Assembly (NCBI RefSeq): GCF_963921235.1 | Contig: NC_086118.1 | Span: 15,688,001-15,752,000 of the forward strand | DNA: 64,000 nucleotides | Direction: 5' to 3' | Source of the DNA: Mobula hypostoma | Lineage: Eukaryota | Part shown: in pieces, positions 46,973 through 61,149 of the stretch | How positions within the stretch are numbered: the stretch's first letter is position 1 | Layout: each line of letters opens with the position of its first letter | The notes under the pieces: generated by a model | What the model saw: the letters and a program-made list of their open reading frames with translations, nothing else | What the model was told of the DNA's origin: nothing | Databases searched by the model: none | Program-made: the position numbers and the translations under genes

Positions 46973-48545
46973 TGGTAACGGAACCCTCCAAATCTTGGTG
47001 GGGTAGTTTAAGGCAATCCACTGAAATACATTTGGGTTTACCCCTCTTATGTCTGATAGAAATCTTTTCTCCCCATTACAAAGCGCTTAAGGGGATTCTG
47101 GTGTACATCGGGAGGATGAAAGCAAATGAGCTGGAGACGTAGGTCAACCGGAAGCCAACAGTGCTGCATGCCATGTTGGGAAGTAGGAATAGGTGCAAAG
47201 AAATTGAATTTACTGAGGATGGTGGAATGCCATTGAGAGGCTAACCAGGCTGTCATGGTGTCAGGAATAAAATCAGCTGCCACTCTGAATGGCTGCCCAT
47301 AAACCAGATCAGCCACAGATGACTGCGGGTTGTCTTTTGGAGCTCATTTGAGCCAAGCAGGATCCACGGGAGATGACCATGCCAACACTGATTCATCAGG
47401 GAAATTCTCAGAGCAGCCTTTAAGGAGTGGTGAAACCTCTCGCATAGGTCATTGGACTGCAGGTGATACACCATAGTGTGATGCAACCTAATGCTGGGGT
47501 TCTGGGCCAGCGCAGCTCCGAGATCTGATATGAACTAGGTCAGAGAAAATATCAGATGGGATGCCAAACCCAGGTCCTGATAAACACCTGAGCCATATCT
47601 GCGGCTGTCACCAATGCTAGAGGGATGACCTCTGGCCACCTGCTGGTATGGTCCACAATGGTAAAGAAGTATGTGAAACAGCGGGACGGGGGGGGGGGGG
47701 GGAAGGACCAATCATAGTCCACAATGGCTTGTCAAACCCTCACTCCGGGACCTCAGAAGGTGTCAATGGTTAATTTTTGCTCACTGGCACTCCACACAGG
47801 CTGCAGACCAATCACGCGCATCCTTTGCCACACACACTTTTGAACAACCAGCTTCTGTGAGGCCTTCCAGCCCAGATGCAAGAGGCCATGTATGGAGTCA
47901 AAAACAGTTCACCTCCAGTTTGCGAAGGCAATTGACTGAGACATTGTGCAGGAGGGAAACCTGTGCTTCTCTGAATTTAATGTCAGCCAACAACAGGCCC
48001 ATTACTGCTGTTCGGTAAGCCTGGACCCCTGGGTCCGTAGCTTGCTCGGCAATCATGCGGCATAGTCAAGCCTCATGTACAAGGCCTCAACGGCTAGCCA
48101 TTAGAGGTAATCAACCATAGCGTTATTTTTCCCATTGATAGGTTGTATATCAGTTGTGAACCATGTAGGCCAGGTGGCGTTGCTGCCACGCAGACCAGGG
48201 TCTGATATTTTGGCCATCAAGTGCACAAGGGTTTAGTGGTCAATGAACGCTGTGAAATGGCGACCCTCTAGAAGTAAACAAAAATAGCAGACAGCCAGAT
48301 AGAGACCAAGAAGCTCAAGGTCAAACATGCTGTAATTCATTTTGGGAACAGAGCTTCTGGCTGAAGAAGGCAAGAGGCTGCCACACACCTCTGACCAACT
48401 GCTCCTGCATGACACCCACAGCATAGTCTGAAGCGTGTCAGTAGTAATGGCTGTAGGTGTGCTGGGAAGCAGGTGTGCCAGTAGGGTCATGTTGGAAAGA
48501 CCACGTCAAATGTCCTGGTTGTGTCCACTAACCAGTCAAGCACAT

Positions 48546-49959
48546 AGTCATAATCATACTTTATTGATCCCGGGGGAAATTGGTTTTTGTTACAGTTGCA
48601 CCATAAATAATAAATAGTAATAAAATACTAAATAGTTAAATAGTAATATGTAAATTATGCCAGGAAATTATGAAATAAATCCAGGACCAGCCTATTGGCT
48701 CAGGGTGTCTGACCCTCCAAGGGAGGAGTTGTAAAGTTTGATGGCCACAGGCAGGAATAATTTCCTATGACGCTCTGTGTTGCATTTCGGTGAATGAGTC
48801 TTTGGCTGAATGTACTCCTGTGCCCACCCAGTACATTATGTAGTGGATGGGAGACATTGTCCAAGATGGCATGCAACTTAGACAGCATCCTCTTTTCAGA
48901 CACCACCGTCAGACAGTCCAGTTCCATCCCCACAACATCACTGGCCTTACGAATGAGTTAGTTGATTCTGTTGGTGTCTGCTACCCTCAGCCTGCTGCCC
49001 CAGAACACAACAGCAAACATGATAGCACTGGCCACCACAGACTCGTAGAACATCCTCAGCATCGTCCGGCAGATGTTAAAGGACCTCAGTCTCCTCAGGA
49101 AATAGAGACGGCTCTGACCCTTCTTGTAGACAGCCTCAGTGTTCTTTGACCAGTCCAGTTTATTGTCAATTCGTATCCCCAGGTATCTGTAATCCTCCAA
49201 CATGTCCACACTGACCCCCTGGATGGAAACGGGGGTCACCGGTATCTTAGCTCTCCTCAGGTCTACCACCAGCTCCTTAGTCTTTTTCACATTAAGCTGC
49301 AGATAATTCTGCTCACACCATGTGACAAAGTTTCCTACAGTAGCCCTGTACTCAGCCTCATCTCCCTTGCTGATGCATCCAACCATGGCAGGGTCATCCG
49401 AAAACTTCTGAATATGACAAGACTCTGTGCAGTAGTTGAAGTCCGAGGTGTAAATGGTGAAGAGAAAGGGAGACAAGACAGTCCCTTGTGGAGCCCCGGT
49501 GCTGCTGATCACTCTGTCGGACACACAGTGTTGCAAGCACACGTACTGTGGTCTGCCAGTCAGGTCATCAAGAATCCATGACACCAGGGAAGCATCCACC
49601 TGCATCGCTGTCAGCTTCTCCCCCAGCAGAGCAGGGCGGATGGTGTTGAACGCACTGGAGAAGTCAAAAAACATGACCCTCACAGTGCTCGCTGGCTTGT
49701 CCAGGTGGGCGTAGACACAGTTCAGCAGGTAGACGATGGCATCCTCAACTCCTAGTCGGGGCTGGTAGGCGAACCGGAGGGGATCTAAGTGAAGCCTGAC
49801 CATAGGCTGGAGCAGCTCCAGAACAAGTCTCTCCAGGGTCTTCATGATGTGGGAGGTCAATGCCACTGGTCTGTAGTCACTGAGGCCGCTGGGGCCTGGC
49901 GACTTCGGCACAGGGACTAGGCAGGACGTTTTCCACAGTACAGGAACCCTATGGAGCCT
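48546..49959 (-). mobile_element. Rex1/Babar LINE RT fragment nested in the second Gypsy
   Basis: ORF 48958-49989 has YRPVALTS, DFSSAFNTI, GAPQGTVLSP, KFSDD; tandem-repeat tail at ~48546. Confidence 0.88.
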
Positions 49960-51413
49960 CATGATTAGGGATATTGCCTTTAAGTACACTATACAGGAGG
50001 AACTTAAGTTCAGAAGCTCGTGGAATGAGGCGGTGATAGAAATCTACCATATCTAAAAACTCCTGCGGTATTTTGGTAGCGCGGAGAGGTAGGAAATCTA
50101 TAATAGCGGCTTCTTTTGATGGGAGGGGTTTTGCATCTTCTGTGGAGATACAATGGCTGAGAAAGTCAATGGTTAACAACCCAAACTGGCACTTAGCAAG
50201 ATTAATAATCAACCTGTGTCAGATTAAGCACTCAAAAAGTATGCAGAGATGAGATACATATTCGATTTAGATGTACTGGTGACAAGTACATCATCTAGGT
50301 AAACACAAAGAAAGTCTCTATTTTACTACAGAGTCCATCAGCCATTGGAAAGTCTGTGCTGCATTTTTCAGCTTAAATGGCATGGACAGAAACTCAGAGA
50401 GGCCAAATGGGGTTATCACAGTCATTTTGGGCATGTCCTCCAAGCACACAGGTACCTAAAGGTAGCCCTTAAGTAAGTCAACTTTGGAAAAGATCAACTT
50501 TCTGGCTAAGCGTGCCAAAAAGTCTTGGATGTGTGGGACGGGATAACAATCGGGAGTGGCGACCTCATTAAAGTATTGGTAATTGCCACATGGGCGGCAA
50601 GCATCATTAGACTTATAAACCATATAGAGGGGCGAAGCTTAGGGGCTATCCGATTGGTGTACAATGCCAAATCTTTCCATGCTCGCAAACTCAGCCTTCA
50701 CAGTTGCCAACTTTTCTCGGTCCAATCTATGCACGTAGGCATGGACTGGTGGGCCATTTGAGGAAACATGTTGCTTAACCCTAGGTGGAGAATGTGGGCT
50801 TGGTGAAGTTTGGGAATTCACTCAGCAGCTGAGTAAACTCACATGCTGTGGTGCATGGGATTGACAGGGAACTTACTAGGGAGCCGGGGAATGACCCAAA
50901 ATCCTTGACATCCACAAGCCAGCAGTTCTTAAGATCGACTCTCAGGTGTTGGGTACACAGGAAATATGCACTGAGCAGAGGTCTAGCCACTTTAGCCAGA
51001 ATGAAGTCCTATGTGTACCGTCAGCCATTGAAGCAGAGAGTCACCCATCGTGCCCCATTAGTCACTGGAGGCTGCCGTTGCACTGAAAGGATGTCCGTAA
51101 TGAACAGTAGACAACCCTGGCAGCTGGAACCCACAGTGTTCACTGACCTCTGATGTCCTGATGTGCTGGCACTGTCGAAGCTGCAAGGCAATCGGCAGTT
51201 CCTAGCATTTATACCAAACTGAGCGTGGTAAAAAGGCCCAGCATCATCTGTTTCATAGTCATGGGTGTCCTTATGTTGGGGGCCTTGCTGATCAAGCTTA
51301 TTGAGGTAGAGAAGGGAGGTGGAATGATAAACCACTGCCGAGCCAAGCGTGGACTATCAGCCATTTTAGCAAGCTCCCTATAATCTTTCATGGCTGCATT
51401 AGTGAGCACTATA

Positions 51414-53743
51414 CTTTATTCTTTATTGTCGCCAAACAATTGATACTAGAGCGTACAATCATCACAGCGATATTTGCTTCTGCGCTTCGTGCTCCCTGGA
51501 GTACAAATCAATAGTAAATATTAAAAATTCAAATTATAAATCATAAATAGAAAACAGAAAAGGGAAAGTAAGGTAATGCAAAAAAACTGAGAGGCAGGTC
51601 TGGATATTTGGAGGGTACGGCCCAGATCCGGGTCAGGATCCGTTCAGCAGTCTTATCACAGTTCGAAAGAAGCTGTTCCCAAATCTGGCTGTACAAGTCT
51701 TCAAGCTCCCGAGCCTTCTCCCGGAGGGAAGAAGGACGAAAAGTGTGTTGGCTGGGTGGGACGTGTCCTTGATTATCCTGGCAGCACTGCTCCGACAGCG
51801 TGCGATGTAAAGTGAGTCCAAGGATGGAAGATTGGTTTGTGTGATGTGCTGGGCTGTGTTCATGATCTTCTGCAGCTTCTTCCGGTCTTGGACAGGACAA
51901 CTTCCATACCAGGTTGTGATGCACCCTAGAAGAATGCTTTCCACGGCGCATCTATAAAAATAGTGAGGGTTTTAAGAGACAGGCCAAACTTCTTTAGCTT
52001 TCTCAGGAACTAAAGGGGCTGGTGAGCCTTCTTGGCAGTGGAATTTGCTTGGTTGGACCAAGTCAGGTCATTTGTGATATTGAACCTGAGGAACTTTAAG
52101 CTTCTGACCTGTTCCACTTGCCCACCAGTGATGTAAATGGGGTCATGAGGTCCGCTACTCCTTCTGAAGTCAACAACCAATTCCTTCATCTTGCTGACAT
52201 TGAGGGATAGGTTATTGTCTTCGCACCACGCCACCAGGTTCTTAATTTCCTCTCTGTACTGAAACTCATCATTACCGGAGATATGGCCTACAATTGTGGT
52301 GTCATCAGCAAACTTATATATTGAGTTCGATGGAAACTTGGCTACACAGTCATGGGTGTACAGAGAGTATAGCAGGGGGCTGAGTATACAGCCTTGTAGG
52401 GCACCGGTGCTCAGAGTGATTGTAGAGGAGAGCTTGTCCCCTATTTTTACAGCCTGGGTCCTGTCTGTGAGAAAGTTGAAGATCCATCTGCAGAACTGAG
52501 TGCTAAGGCCCAGGTTCCGGAGCTTAGGAATCAGTTTACTTGGAATGATGGTATTAAAGGCAGAGCTGTAGTCAATGAAAAGGAGCCTTACATATGCATC
52601 TTTATTCTCCAGGCGTCTAAGAAGGAATGTAGGGCCAGAGAGATGGCATCTGCCGTTGACCTGTTGCTCTGGTAGGTGAATTGCAAAGTGTCGAGGTTGA
52701 CCGGTAGGCTGTGCTTGATGTGTGCCATAACCAAATGCTCAAAGCACTTCATAGCAATTGATGTCAGAGCCACAGGTCAATAGTCATTCAGGCATGCCAC
52801 CTTACTCTTCTTCAGCACCGGGATTATCGTTGCCTTCTTAAAACACAAGGGGATCTTAGACTGAAGCAAGGAGCAGTTGAAGATGTCAGCAAACATGAGA
52901 GCTAGCTCACTTGCACAGGCCCGGAGAACCCATCCCAGGACGCCATCTGGGCCCGTCGCCTTCCTTGGATTTACCTTCAGGAAGGCCCTTCTAACATCCT
53001 CCTCGATGACGATGAATCTCGATGCCACCAGGTCCAGTTCATCCGGCGGGAGTGTGACGCTCCTCTTCTGTTCGAATCTTGCATAGAATACGTTAAGTTT
53101 GTCAGGAAGAGAAACGCCACAGTTATTGATACTCCCAGCCTTTTCTTTGTGCTCAGTGATCTCATTTAGACCCTGCCATAGCCTACCGGAATCCCTCTGG
53201 TTAGCCTGGGCTTCCAAATTGGCTCGATATTGCCTCTTGGTGCCCCTAATGGCTTTCCGGAGTTTATGCCAGGATTCCGTGTAGCGACTGGTATCCCTGG
53301 ACCTAAAAGCCACAGCTCTAGCCTTCAAAAGGGACTTGACCTCATAATTCATACAAGGTTTCTGGTTAGGGAATACCCGGATCGTCTTGTGAGACACACA
53401 GTCCTCTGTGCATTTCCAGATAAAGTCCGTGACAGCTGAGGCACACACATTGAGGTTAGCTGCTGAGTCCTTGAATACTAACCAGTCCACCAATTCTAAG
53501 CAGTCACGGAGGACCTCATCCGTTTCCTCCGTCCAACGCGACACCACTTTTGACACCGCGACCTCCCGCTTCAGTTTCTGTTTGTAAGCCGGGAGGAGGA
53601 GTACGGCCTGATGGTCCGATTTTCCGAAGTGAGGTTGTGAGACGGAACGGTAGGCATCCTTGACTGCTGTGTTGCAGTGGTCAAGTATATTCGGGCCTCT
53701 AATGGGGCAGGAGACATGTTGGTATGACTTCGGCAATGCCTTT
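51414..53743 (-). mobile_element. Rex1/Babar LINE fragment nested in the second Gypsy gag
   Basis: GKSDHQAVLL (APE end), [23 protein letters not shown] flanks both ends (51409-13 / 53744-48). Confidence 0.85.
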
Positions 53744-54378
53744 CTATATGAACTTGATCAGATATTTGCTGCATGAAGAGTTCTTTAACAATAATGCAAG
53801 TATAGTAATTTCCCAGCAAAGACAGCATGTGGTCCACTAGTTCCAACGGCTTAGCATTGCTGAGGCCGAGCAAGGAGAGAACTGTTTGGCATGCTCAGAC
53901 TCTGATAGTCCAAAAGTCTGTAAAAGCTGAGTTTTCAGTGATCAGTATCAATCGTGTTCAGGCAGTTATTCTAGTAGAGTCAGCACTCTTGCAGCTGTGA
54001 AGTTGCTGAGCAAAGCAACCAAAGCAAATTTTAGAAAAATTTGGTGCTGTAGGCGGCAATTTCTTGCGATGCAAATTGGGCCTCGGCTTGTACAAACCAA
54101 GCAACAGCATTTTGCTCCCAAAGCTCTGGCAGTTTCAAAGTGACTACATTGGCTGACATGGTTAATAACTCAGGAATCATCCTAGAGCATTGTGGTTACT
54201 AATGCAGGTTTTTGCAAATAAAAACCATAACAACTCATTTATTGTGCTCCAAACAATGAACAGAAAAGCATGGTAATAGAACTTCATGTAATATGTCATC
54301 ACATCAGACCAGCCTCTTAAATTGAACCCCAACTCAATGCTGTTTGTTGTGAATTATGTACATGTCCACCAGTTACAT

Positions 54379-55100
54379 TACCCTACACCCAAATAGTTCT
54401 TCCAGGTGAGGCAACACTTCACCAGCGAACCTGATGGGGTCACCTATTGTGTCCAGTGCTCCCGATGCGGCCTCCTCTGCATTAGTGAGACTTGGCATAA
54501 ACTGCAGGACCATTTTGTCGAGCACCCTTGCACCATCTGCCATAAGTAAGACTTCCTGATGGCCATTTTGATTCCAATTCCCATTCTTGTTCCTCCATGT
54601 CAATCCATGCTCTCTTGTTGTGCCAAGATGAGGGCACCCTCAGAGTGGAGGAGCAACACCTTATATTCTGTGTGGGTACCCTCCAACCTGATGGCATGAA
54701 TATCGATTTCTCCTTCCGGTGAACAAATTCCGCCCCCTCCCACTACCTCCATTCCCCACTCTGGCCTTTCACTTCTTCTCACCTGCCTATTATTTATTCC
54801 TGGGTCCTTCCTCCTCCTTTTTTCCTATTGTCCAATCTGCTCCCCTATCAGATTCTTTCTTCTCCAGCACTAAACCTTTCCCACTCGCCTGGCTTCACCT
54901 ATCACTTTCCAGTTAGACTCTTTCCCTTCCCTCCACCTTTTTATTCTGGCATCTTCCCCCTTCCTTCTCAGTTCTGAAGAAGGGTCTCTGCCCGATATGT
55001 CAATTGTTTACTCTTTTCTGTAGATGCTGTCTGACCTTCTATATTCTTCCAGCATCTTGTGTGTGTTGTTTTGGATTTCTAGCATCTGTAGAACTACTCA
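54379..55100 (+). mobile_element. Penelope 3' part (GIY-YIG remnant + pLTR with a degenerate hammerhead)
   Basis: YCVQCSRCGLLCISET resembles the PLE GIY-YIG motif; CTGAAGAAGGGTCTCTGCCCGATATGTC at ~54974. Confidence 0.8.
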
Positions 55101-55104
55101 TATT

Positions 55105-55920
55105 TCAATAGATTTCAATAGGTACATTTAATGTCAGAGAAATGTATACAACATACAGTATATTCTGAAATCCTTTTTCTTTGCAAACATCCACGAAAAC
55201 AGAGGAGTGCCCTTAAGCATGAATGAATTCAGTGTTAGAGCCCCAAAACACCTCCAGTTCCCCCCCACGCATAAGATGCAGCAAAGCGATGACCCCCTCT
55301 CTCCACTAGCAGAAAAGCATCTGCACCCTCCACTGAGCACTCAAATGTGCAGCAAAGCATCAATAAAGACACACACTTGCAGTACCCCAAAGACTATTCA
55401 TTCATCTGGTTTTCAACATAACATAGGCTCTCTCTCTCCCTAATAAGCGAAAAAGAGGTATCCCCGTTTCACAACGAGAGGAGAGACATAACAAAACAAC
55501 TCACCCATTTATGGTGTTAAAAGTCTGTTGCGTCACTTTTTCCGAGCTCTGTGCTCAAAGATCTCGGGTCTCTAGGCACACAGCCAGCAGTCAGCTTGCT
55601 GCTTTCGATCTTCCGTGTACTCCCATGACACACCAGTTTTCTGAAGCAGCACAAACTCGAATCCAGCCACCTCCAGAGCCACGAAAATCCGGGACCCTGA
55701 AGACACACTAGTCTTCCAGGCTGCGTCCTTGGCATATCAAAAAGCAGCCGGTCGTGAGGCCCAGAGAGCGGATCCCATTCCTGCAAAGAACCGAAGTCAG
55801 CAAGTAACTCCAGGTCAGTGTCTTCAAATTAACCCTGAAAAGGAAAAAGAAGAGATATTAAAGATAGAAATTGAGCTGTTTCCAAAGATGCAAGCAAAGG
55901 AGTCTCTGTTAGGAACCATC
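55105..55920 (-). mobile_element. Non-autonomous LINE-tail repeat (shorter copy at ~9620-9800)
   Basis: Both sites share atgtcagagaaatgtataca...gcaaacatccac...gaatga. Confidence 0.6.
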
Positions 55921-57319
55921 ATCCTAAACTCCACCCTTTACTCAGTAATCCATTGGTCTCCCTTTGAATGTGTTCAAGGGTACATTTGCTTTAGGTTGTT
56001 GAACTATGGTTTGAGAAAAACAACAAGATCAGATAGGTGTTCTTGAAGGTTGGGAATTTTCTGTATGCTAATTAGTCAAATAGGGTCAAATTATGTCCAG
56101 TTTCATTCACCAGCATACAGTTTCCTTATCATTCTTTATATTTTGGTACCATTTGCAAAGCAGCTGTTTCAACAACCGCCCAGACAGTCATTCCTTCGAA
56201 ATTCCACAAAAAAAAGTTGCCTGGTCTTAATATATTGGAAATGTTCAAGGAAACATCAAACGTGATACTTCTCAAATGGAAAAGGATCATTGGAATGACT
56301 GCTGTCCAGAAGCAGTCCAGACTCTATTCTCATTGAATAGAATAAATGATAATACCAGTTACCAAGTGTAGGTAGCTCTAAATCCAGACTAGACACAATA
56401 TGCCATAGTCTTATGCAGAGAAAGTCAGGAGAGTCCAAACATGGAGTTCCTGGACAGTAATGACATTGTGACTAAACCAAATAGAAAAAAACGATAAGTC
56501 TCAATTTATTTATTAAGTAGAGAAACAAACAGTACAGATGGTGAAGAACAGAAGCCAGTGAAGGGAATAAGGATAGTAAAGGGTGACTTATTGTAAAGCA
56601 TCTTAAAGTGATCTCAGTCAGACATTACGTTATGGTTTAATAATCAATTATTATGTGATGGTGGCTTTATTACAAAATAATTTGATTACCAGACTAGAGA
56701 CGTAATGTTCTAATTAGGTAGGATCTGGATCTGGGCAGACTGTATCTGGAATATTGTGCACAGGTCTGGACTCCCTCCCTATGAAAAAATACAATTGTTA
56801 TAGAAGGAGTACAGCTGAGGTTCACTAGGTTCATTCCTGGGAATGCAGTTTGTCCATTCAGGAAGAAATTAACAGGGTACAGTACTTCCTTGAGTTCAGG
56901 AATAAGGGGTGACCTCAATAAAGCAATTCTTAATGGTCTTCATGTACATGTTCTTTTTGATCTGAATGGAGTTCAGCTAATGTCTCTTGAGTTTTTAAAA
57001 CATTTACTCTGTCAGAACCTTAGCAGACAACACATACAACACACATGCTTCAGAGCGGAATATTTGCGGAACTTTACAGAACACTTACTGCTACATTCCT
57101 AAAAACCTTCTGCACATTGGCCAATACTGAGTCTTTACAGTTACAGGATTTTGACTTCATTTATCTATCTTAACATCTTCACTTTAAAGGTTTTGTAGGG
57201 ACATTTACAATTTAAAATCTGAGTATCAACCCTGCTTCTTGAGCTGTTAAGAAAGATTTCTTCCTGCAATGTTGCCATATGTTTTGATCTAAATTTAATA
57301 TTTAATATCTATTTGTACA

Positions 57320-58010
57320 CTGTTAATGGCAAGACCTTTAATGCTGTGCATCTGCAGAGGCTTATTAGGGTCCCTGAAAGCGTCTGCACAGGTTGACAAT
57401 GTTGTAAAGAAGGCATTTGGCATGCTTGCCGTAAGGAGATTCAAGAATCAGGAAGTTGTGTTGCAGCTTTATAAAACTCTAGTTGGGCCACATCTGGTGT
57501 GTTGCATTTAATTCTGGTTGCTCCATAAAGGGAAGAATGTGAAGGCTTTGGAAAGGGTTTGCCAAGATGCCGAATGGATTAAGTGGCATGTACTATACGA
57601 AGAGGTGGACAAACCTGGGTTGTTTTCTCTGAAGCAGTAGAGGCTGAGGGGAGATCTGATAAGCTTAGAAGAGACACAGGTAGAGTAAACTGCCAGCATA
57701 TTTTTCCCAGGGTTGAAATGTCTACTACCAGAGGGCATTATTTAAGATGAAAGGAAGTAAGCTCAAAGGAGATGTGCAGGGGAGGTTTTTCCATATATGC
57801 CTAAAATGTGCTGCTGGGGTTGAAGGTGAAATCAGACACAATAGAGGTGTTCAGGAAGCTGTTCGGCACATGGATACGCAGAAAGAGGAAGGATATGGAC
57901 ATCGTGTCGGTAGAAAGGATTAGTTTAGTGGGACATCTGATTGCTAATTAAATTACAACATTGAAGGCTGAAGAGCCTGTTCCTGTACTGTGGAGTTCTT
58001 TGTTGTTCTA
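57320..58010 (+). mobile_element. CR1 3' fragment
   Basis: VVKKAFGML, VLQLYKTLVGPHL; CR1 3' UTR. Confidence 0.75.
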
Positions 58011-58562
58011 TGTGCAATGTCAAATTGGTGAACTAGGTTAAGATATAAGCTCACATTTGCATTTGAATTCCTCCATACTTCAAAATTTACCACTTCCACT
58101 CAATTAAAAACTATTAATTTGATAATCTCCCAACCAAAATAAGTAACCTCTTACTTTCTCACATATTTTTACACCTGCATGGTGACTCACTTAATATGCT
58201 TATGACTCTTCGCAGTGTCTACATCCTCCCCAAAGCACTCGTTCCTACCCAGCGATGAATCACCAGCAAACTTGAGTACATTACACTCTGTCCATTCATA
58301 TGTATCAATATAATAGTTTATAAGTAACTGAGGGCTGAGCAATGACCCTTCTGCTATACTACAATGAATGTCTCCTACTACAAAACACACCTGTATTACT
58401 GCCCTCTCTTCTCTGCTCCTAAGTCCTTATTTTTCCAACAAACTTTTGTGTGGTGCTCAGATACCTTTTGAAAATCTAGGTACGCCATAGATTCAGAAAC
58501 ATTCTAGTTATACTATTCATCAAGTGTGACTTCCCTCCTATTAAACCATGCTAAAGCTATGT

Positions 58563-58850
58563 CAGGACAGCACGGTAGCATAGTGGTTAACACAATGCTT
58601 TACAGTACCTTTGACCTGGGTTCAATTCCCTTTGCTGTCTGTAAGAAGTTTGTACGTTCTCCCCGTGACTGCGTAGGTTTCCTCTGGGTGCTCTGGTTTC
58701 CTCCCACAGTGCAAAGAAATACCAATTGGTAGGTTAATTGGTCATTGGAAATTGTCCTGTAATTAGGCTACGGTTAAATCAGGGGTTGTTGGGTGGTGCA
58801 AAGGGCCAGAAGAGCCTAGTCCACACTGTTTCTCAGTAAATAAATGAACA
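58563..58850 (+). mobile_element. V-SINE (HE1-like) tRNA-derived SINE
   Basis: A box GGTAGCATAGTGG, B box GGTTCAATTCC, V-domain gttctccccgtgactgcgtaggtttcctctgggtgctctggtttcctcccac. Confidence 0.85.
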
Positions 58851-60239
58851 AACACAGTATTATCATGTCTATTTTTCCAAATACCCTGCTTCTGCAATTT
58901 TTAAAATGGTTTCTGAAATTTTCCAATTAACTCAAAGGGCTGCAGTTCATTGTCATCTTTCTGCTTCCTTTAGAGTCATACAGCATGGAAATAGGCATTA
59001 TGGTCCATCTGATCCATGCCAACCCAGGATCACCATCCAAATTAGCCCCATTTACCCATTCAGACCATAACCTTCCAAATACTTCCAATCCATGACAAAG
59101 TCCAACTTCCTTTTAAAGATTGTTATTGCACCAGCCTCAACAGCTTCTTAAATAGTAGTGTCACATTGTTTCTTTGGATTAGTTCCAGAATCCATGGTGC
59201 TTTGATATATTACCACTGAAGGCATCCACAAGCAGCTGTCAACTCCTTTTATCCTTAGGATATAGTCTTACTCAATATTTTCTCATTACATGTATTGATT
59301 GCTTGTTATTCTTCATTCCTATAACACACTTGGTTTTCCCCTATTTCAAGTTAGCTTTTAAGTTTTCAGCTCTCATTACGTAAAATATTGGTTTAACATC
59401 CAAACTATTTTCTCAGAACCATTATCATTTACCTGTTCCTCAGCTTCTAAATGAACCACATTTATCTTTGGACATACTTTCTTTGAACATACTTTCAGGA
59501 ATTTTAACAATCCAGTTTATGGAGATTACCAGGCACACAGAGTTAAAGATTCAGGGATGTGCTCAGTAATTTCTTGAAAAACTTGGTATAACTCCACTGT
59601 CCACGGGGAATTTACAACCAATGACCGCTGTAAATGGAAAAGGTATATTCGGTGCATACTGAGAACTAGGAGTCCAGAACCTTATAAATTTGACACTCTT
59701 GCCTTTCTTCTTTATGGAATATATTTACAGAGCAGTGATGAAGTATTCAGTAAGGAAATTCAATTATTCAATAACTGGATTTTATTTTCTTCTTGAATAT
59801 TTCCCATGGTCCTGAGACTGAATAGCCATCATGCAGTTGATCAAGATCCCTTTTTGAAACTACTTCTCAGCCCAGTAAAATTAGCCTTATCCCCAAAGCT
59901 GCTGGACAATGTGTCAATGAGATATTGTGTCAAGTCTGAGGAAGAATTATTTTACCTGTTAAATAAATAAATAAGTCAGTGATCATAATTGGATCCTTAT
60001 ATTGTATTATTGCTTTGTTATACTGCCACCGGCAGCTGTGGAGGCCAAGTCTTTGTGTTTATTTAAGGCCGAGGTTGATAGATTGTTGATTGGTCAGGGC
60101 ATGAAGAAATACTGGGAGAAGGCAGGAGCTTGGGGCTGAGAGGGAAAATAGGTCAGCCATGATGAAATGGCAGAGCAGACTTGATGGGCCAAATTCTGCT
60201 CCTATATCTTATGATCTTATGGCTTTATTCTATGATATG

Positions 60240-60734
60240 CACTCAGTGGCCACTGAGAGTATGTTTGTCATCTTCTGCTGCTCTAACTCATCCACTTTGT
60301 TTGACATGTTGTGAATTCAGTCGATATTTGAGTTGCTGTCACCTACCTATCAGCTTGAACCAGTCTGGCCATTCTGCTTTAACTCCTCTCATTAACAAGA
60401 TGTTTTTGCCCACAGAACTGCTGCTCACTTGATGTTTTTTGTTTTCCTACCATTCTCTGTAAACTCTAGAGACAGTTGTGCATGAAAATCCCAGGAGGTC
60501 AGCAGTTTTTGAGATACTCAAACCACCCAGTCTGGCACCAACAATCATTCCATAGTCAAAGTTACTTAGATCACATTCCTTCCCCATTCTGATGCTTGGT
60601 CTGAACAGCAACTGAACCTCTTGATCATGTTTGCTTGCATTTATGCATTGAGTTTCTGCCACATAATTGGTTGATTGGATAACTGCATTATCAAGCAGGT
60701 GGATAGGTGTACCTAATAAAGTGGCTATTGAGTG
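60240..60734 (-). mobile_element. Tc1/mariner internal-deletion derivative
   Basis: TIR cactcagtggccact / gtggctattgagtg followed by TA; transposase HTH N-terminus MGKECDLSNFDYGMIVGAR...VSRVYREW. Confidence 0.82.
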
Positions 60735-61149
60735 TATCATTGTGTGGGTATCCTTCCTCAGCAGATTGATTGGATATGCATTTACAATTTACTCATGTAT
60801 TATAATAGATAATAATATAAAAGACACAAGTATTTCCTACACGTGATTTCAAGAGAACATTTATTATAAATAATGTCTGCCCTTCTCATGTTGATACCAA
60901 CCTAAAAAAATATAACTTCAGAACTGATAATAGTTTCAACTTGAAAACTGATAGAACAGTTACAACTACATTCTAAGAATAGGTCTCTTCTGCCTCCTAA
61001 AACCCACAGAAGTGGGATGGCAATGAGCCATCATCAATCCACAAAGACGGTCCAAGATGAAAGCCTGCATGCTTGTATCATAATATTCCAGTCTCTTGGC
61101 AAATTTATCTCATACAAATCACCTCATCAGGGAGTGCTTCTCACCATTA

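Larger units (their letters stand above)
46975..54378 (-). mobile_element. Second, heavily decayed Ty3/Gypsy element (gag-PR-RT-RH-IN; 3' end missing)
   Basis: gag start MSANVVTLKLPELWEQNAVAWFVQAEAQF at 54159; INLAKCQFG..IDFLSH (RT), YSMFDLELLGLYLAV (RH), CERFHHSLKAAL (IN). Confidence 0.8.

Noticed and set aside
48958..49989. 343-aa ORF as a host gene
   Set aside because: It is a 5'-truncated Rex1/Babar reverse transcriptase. Its first few residues come from the flanking Gypsy.
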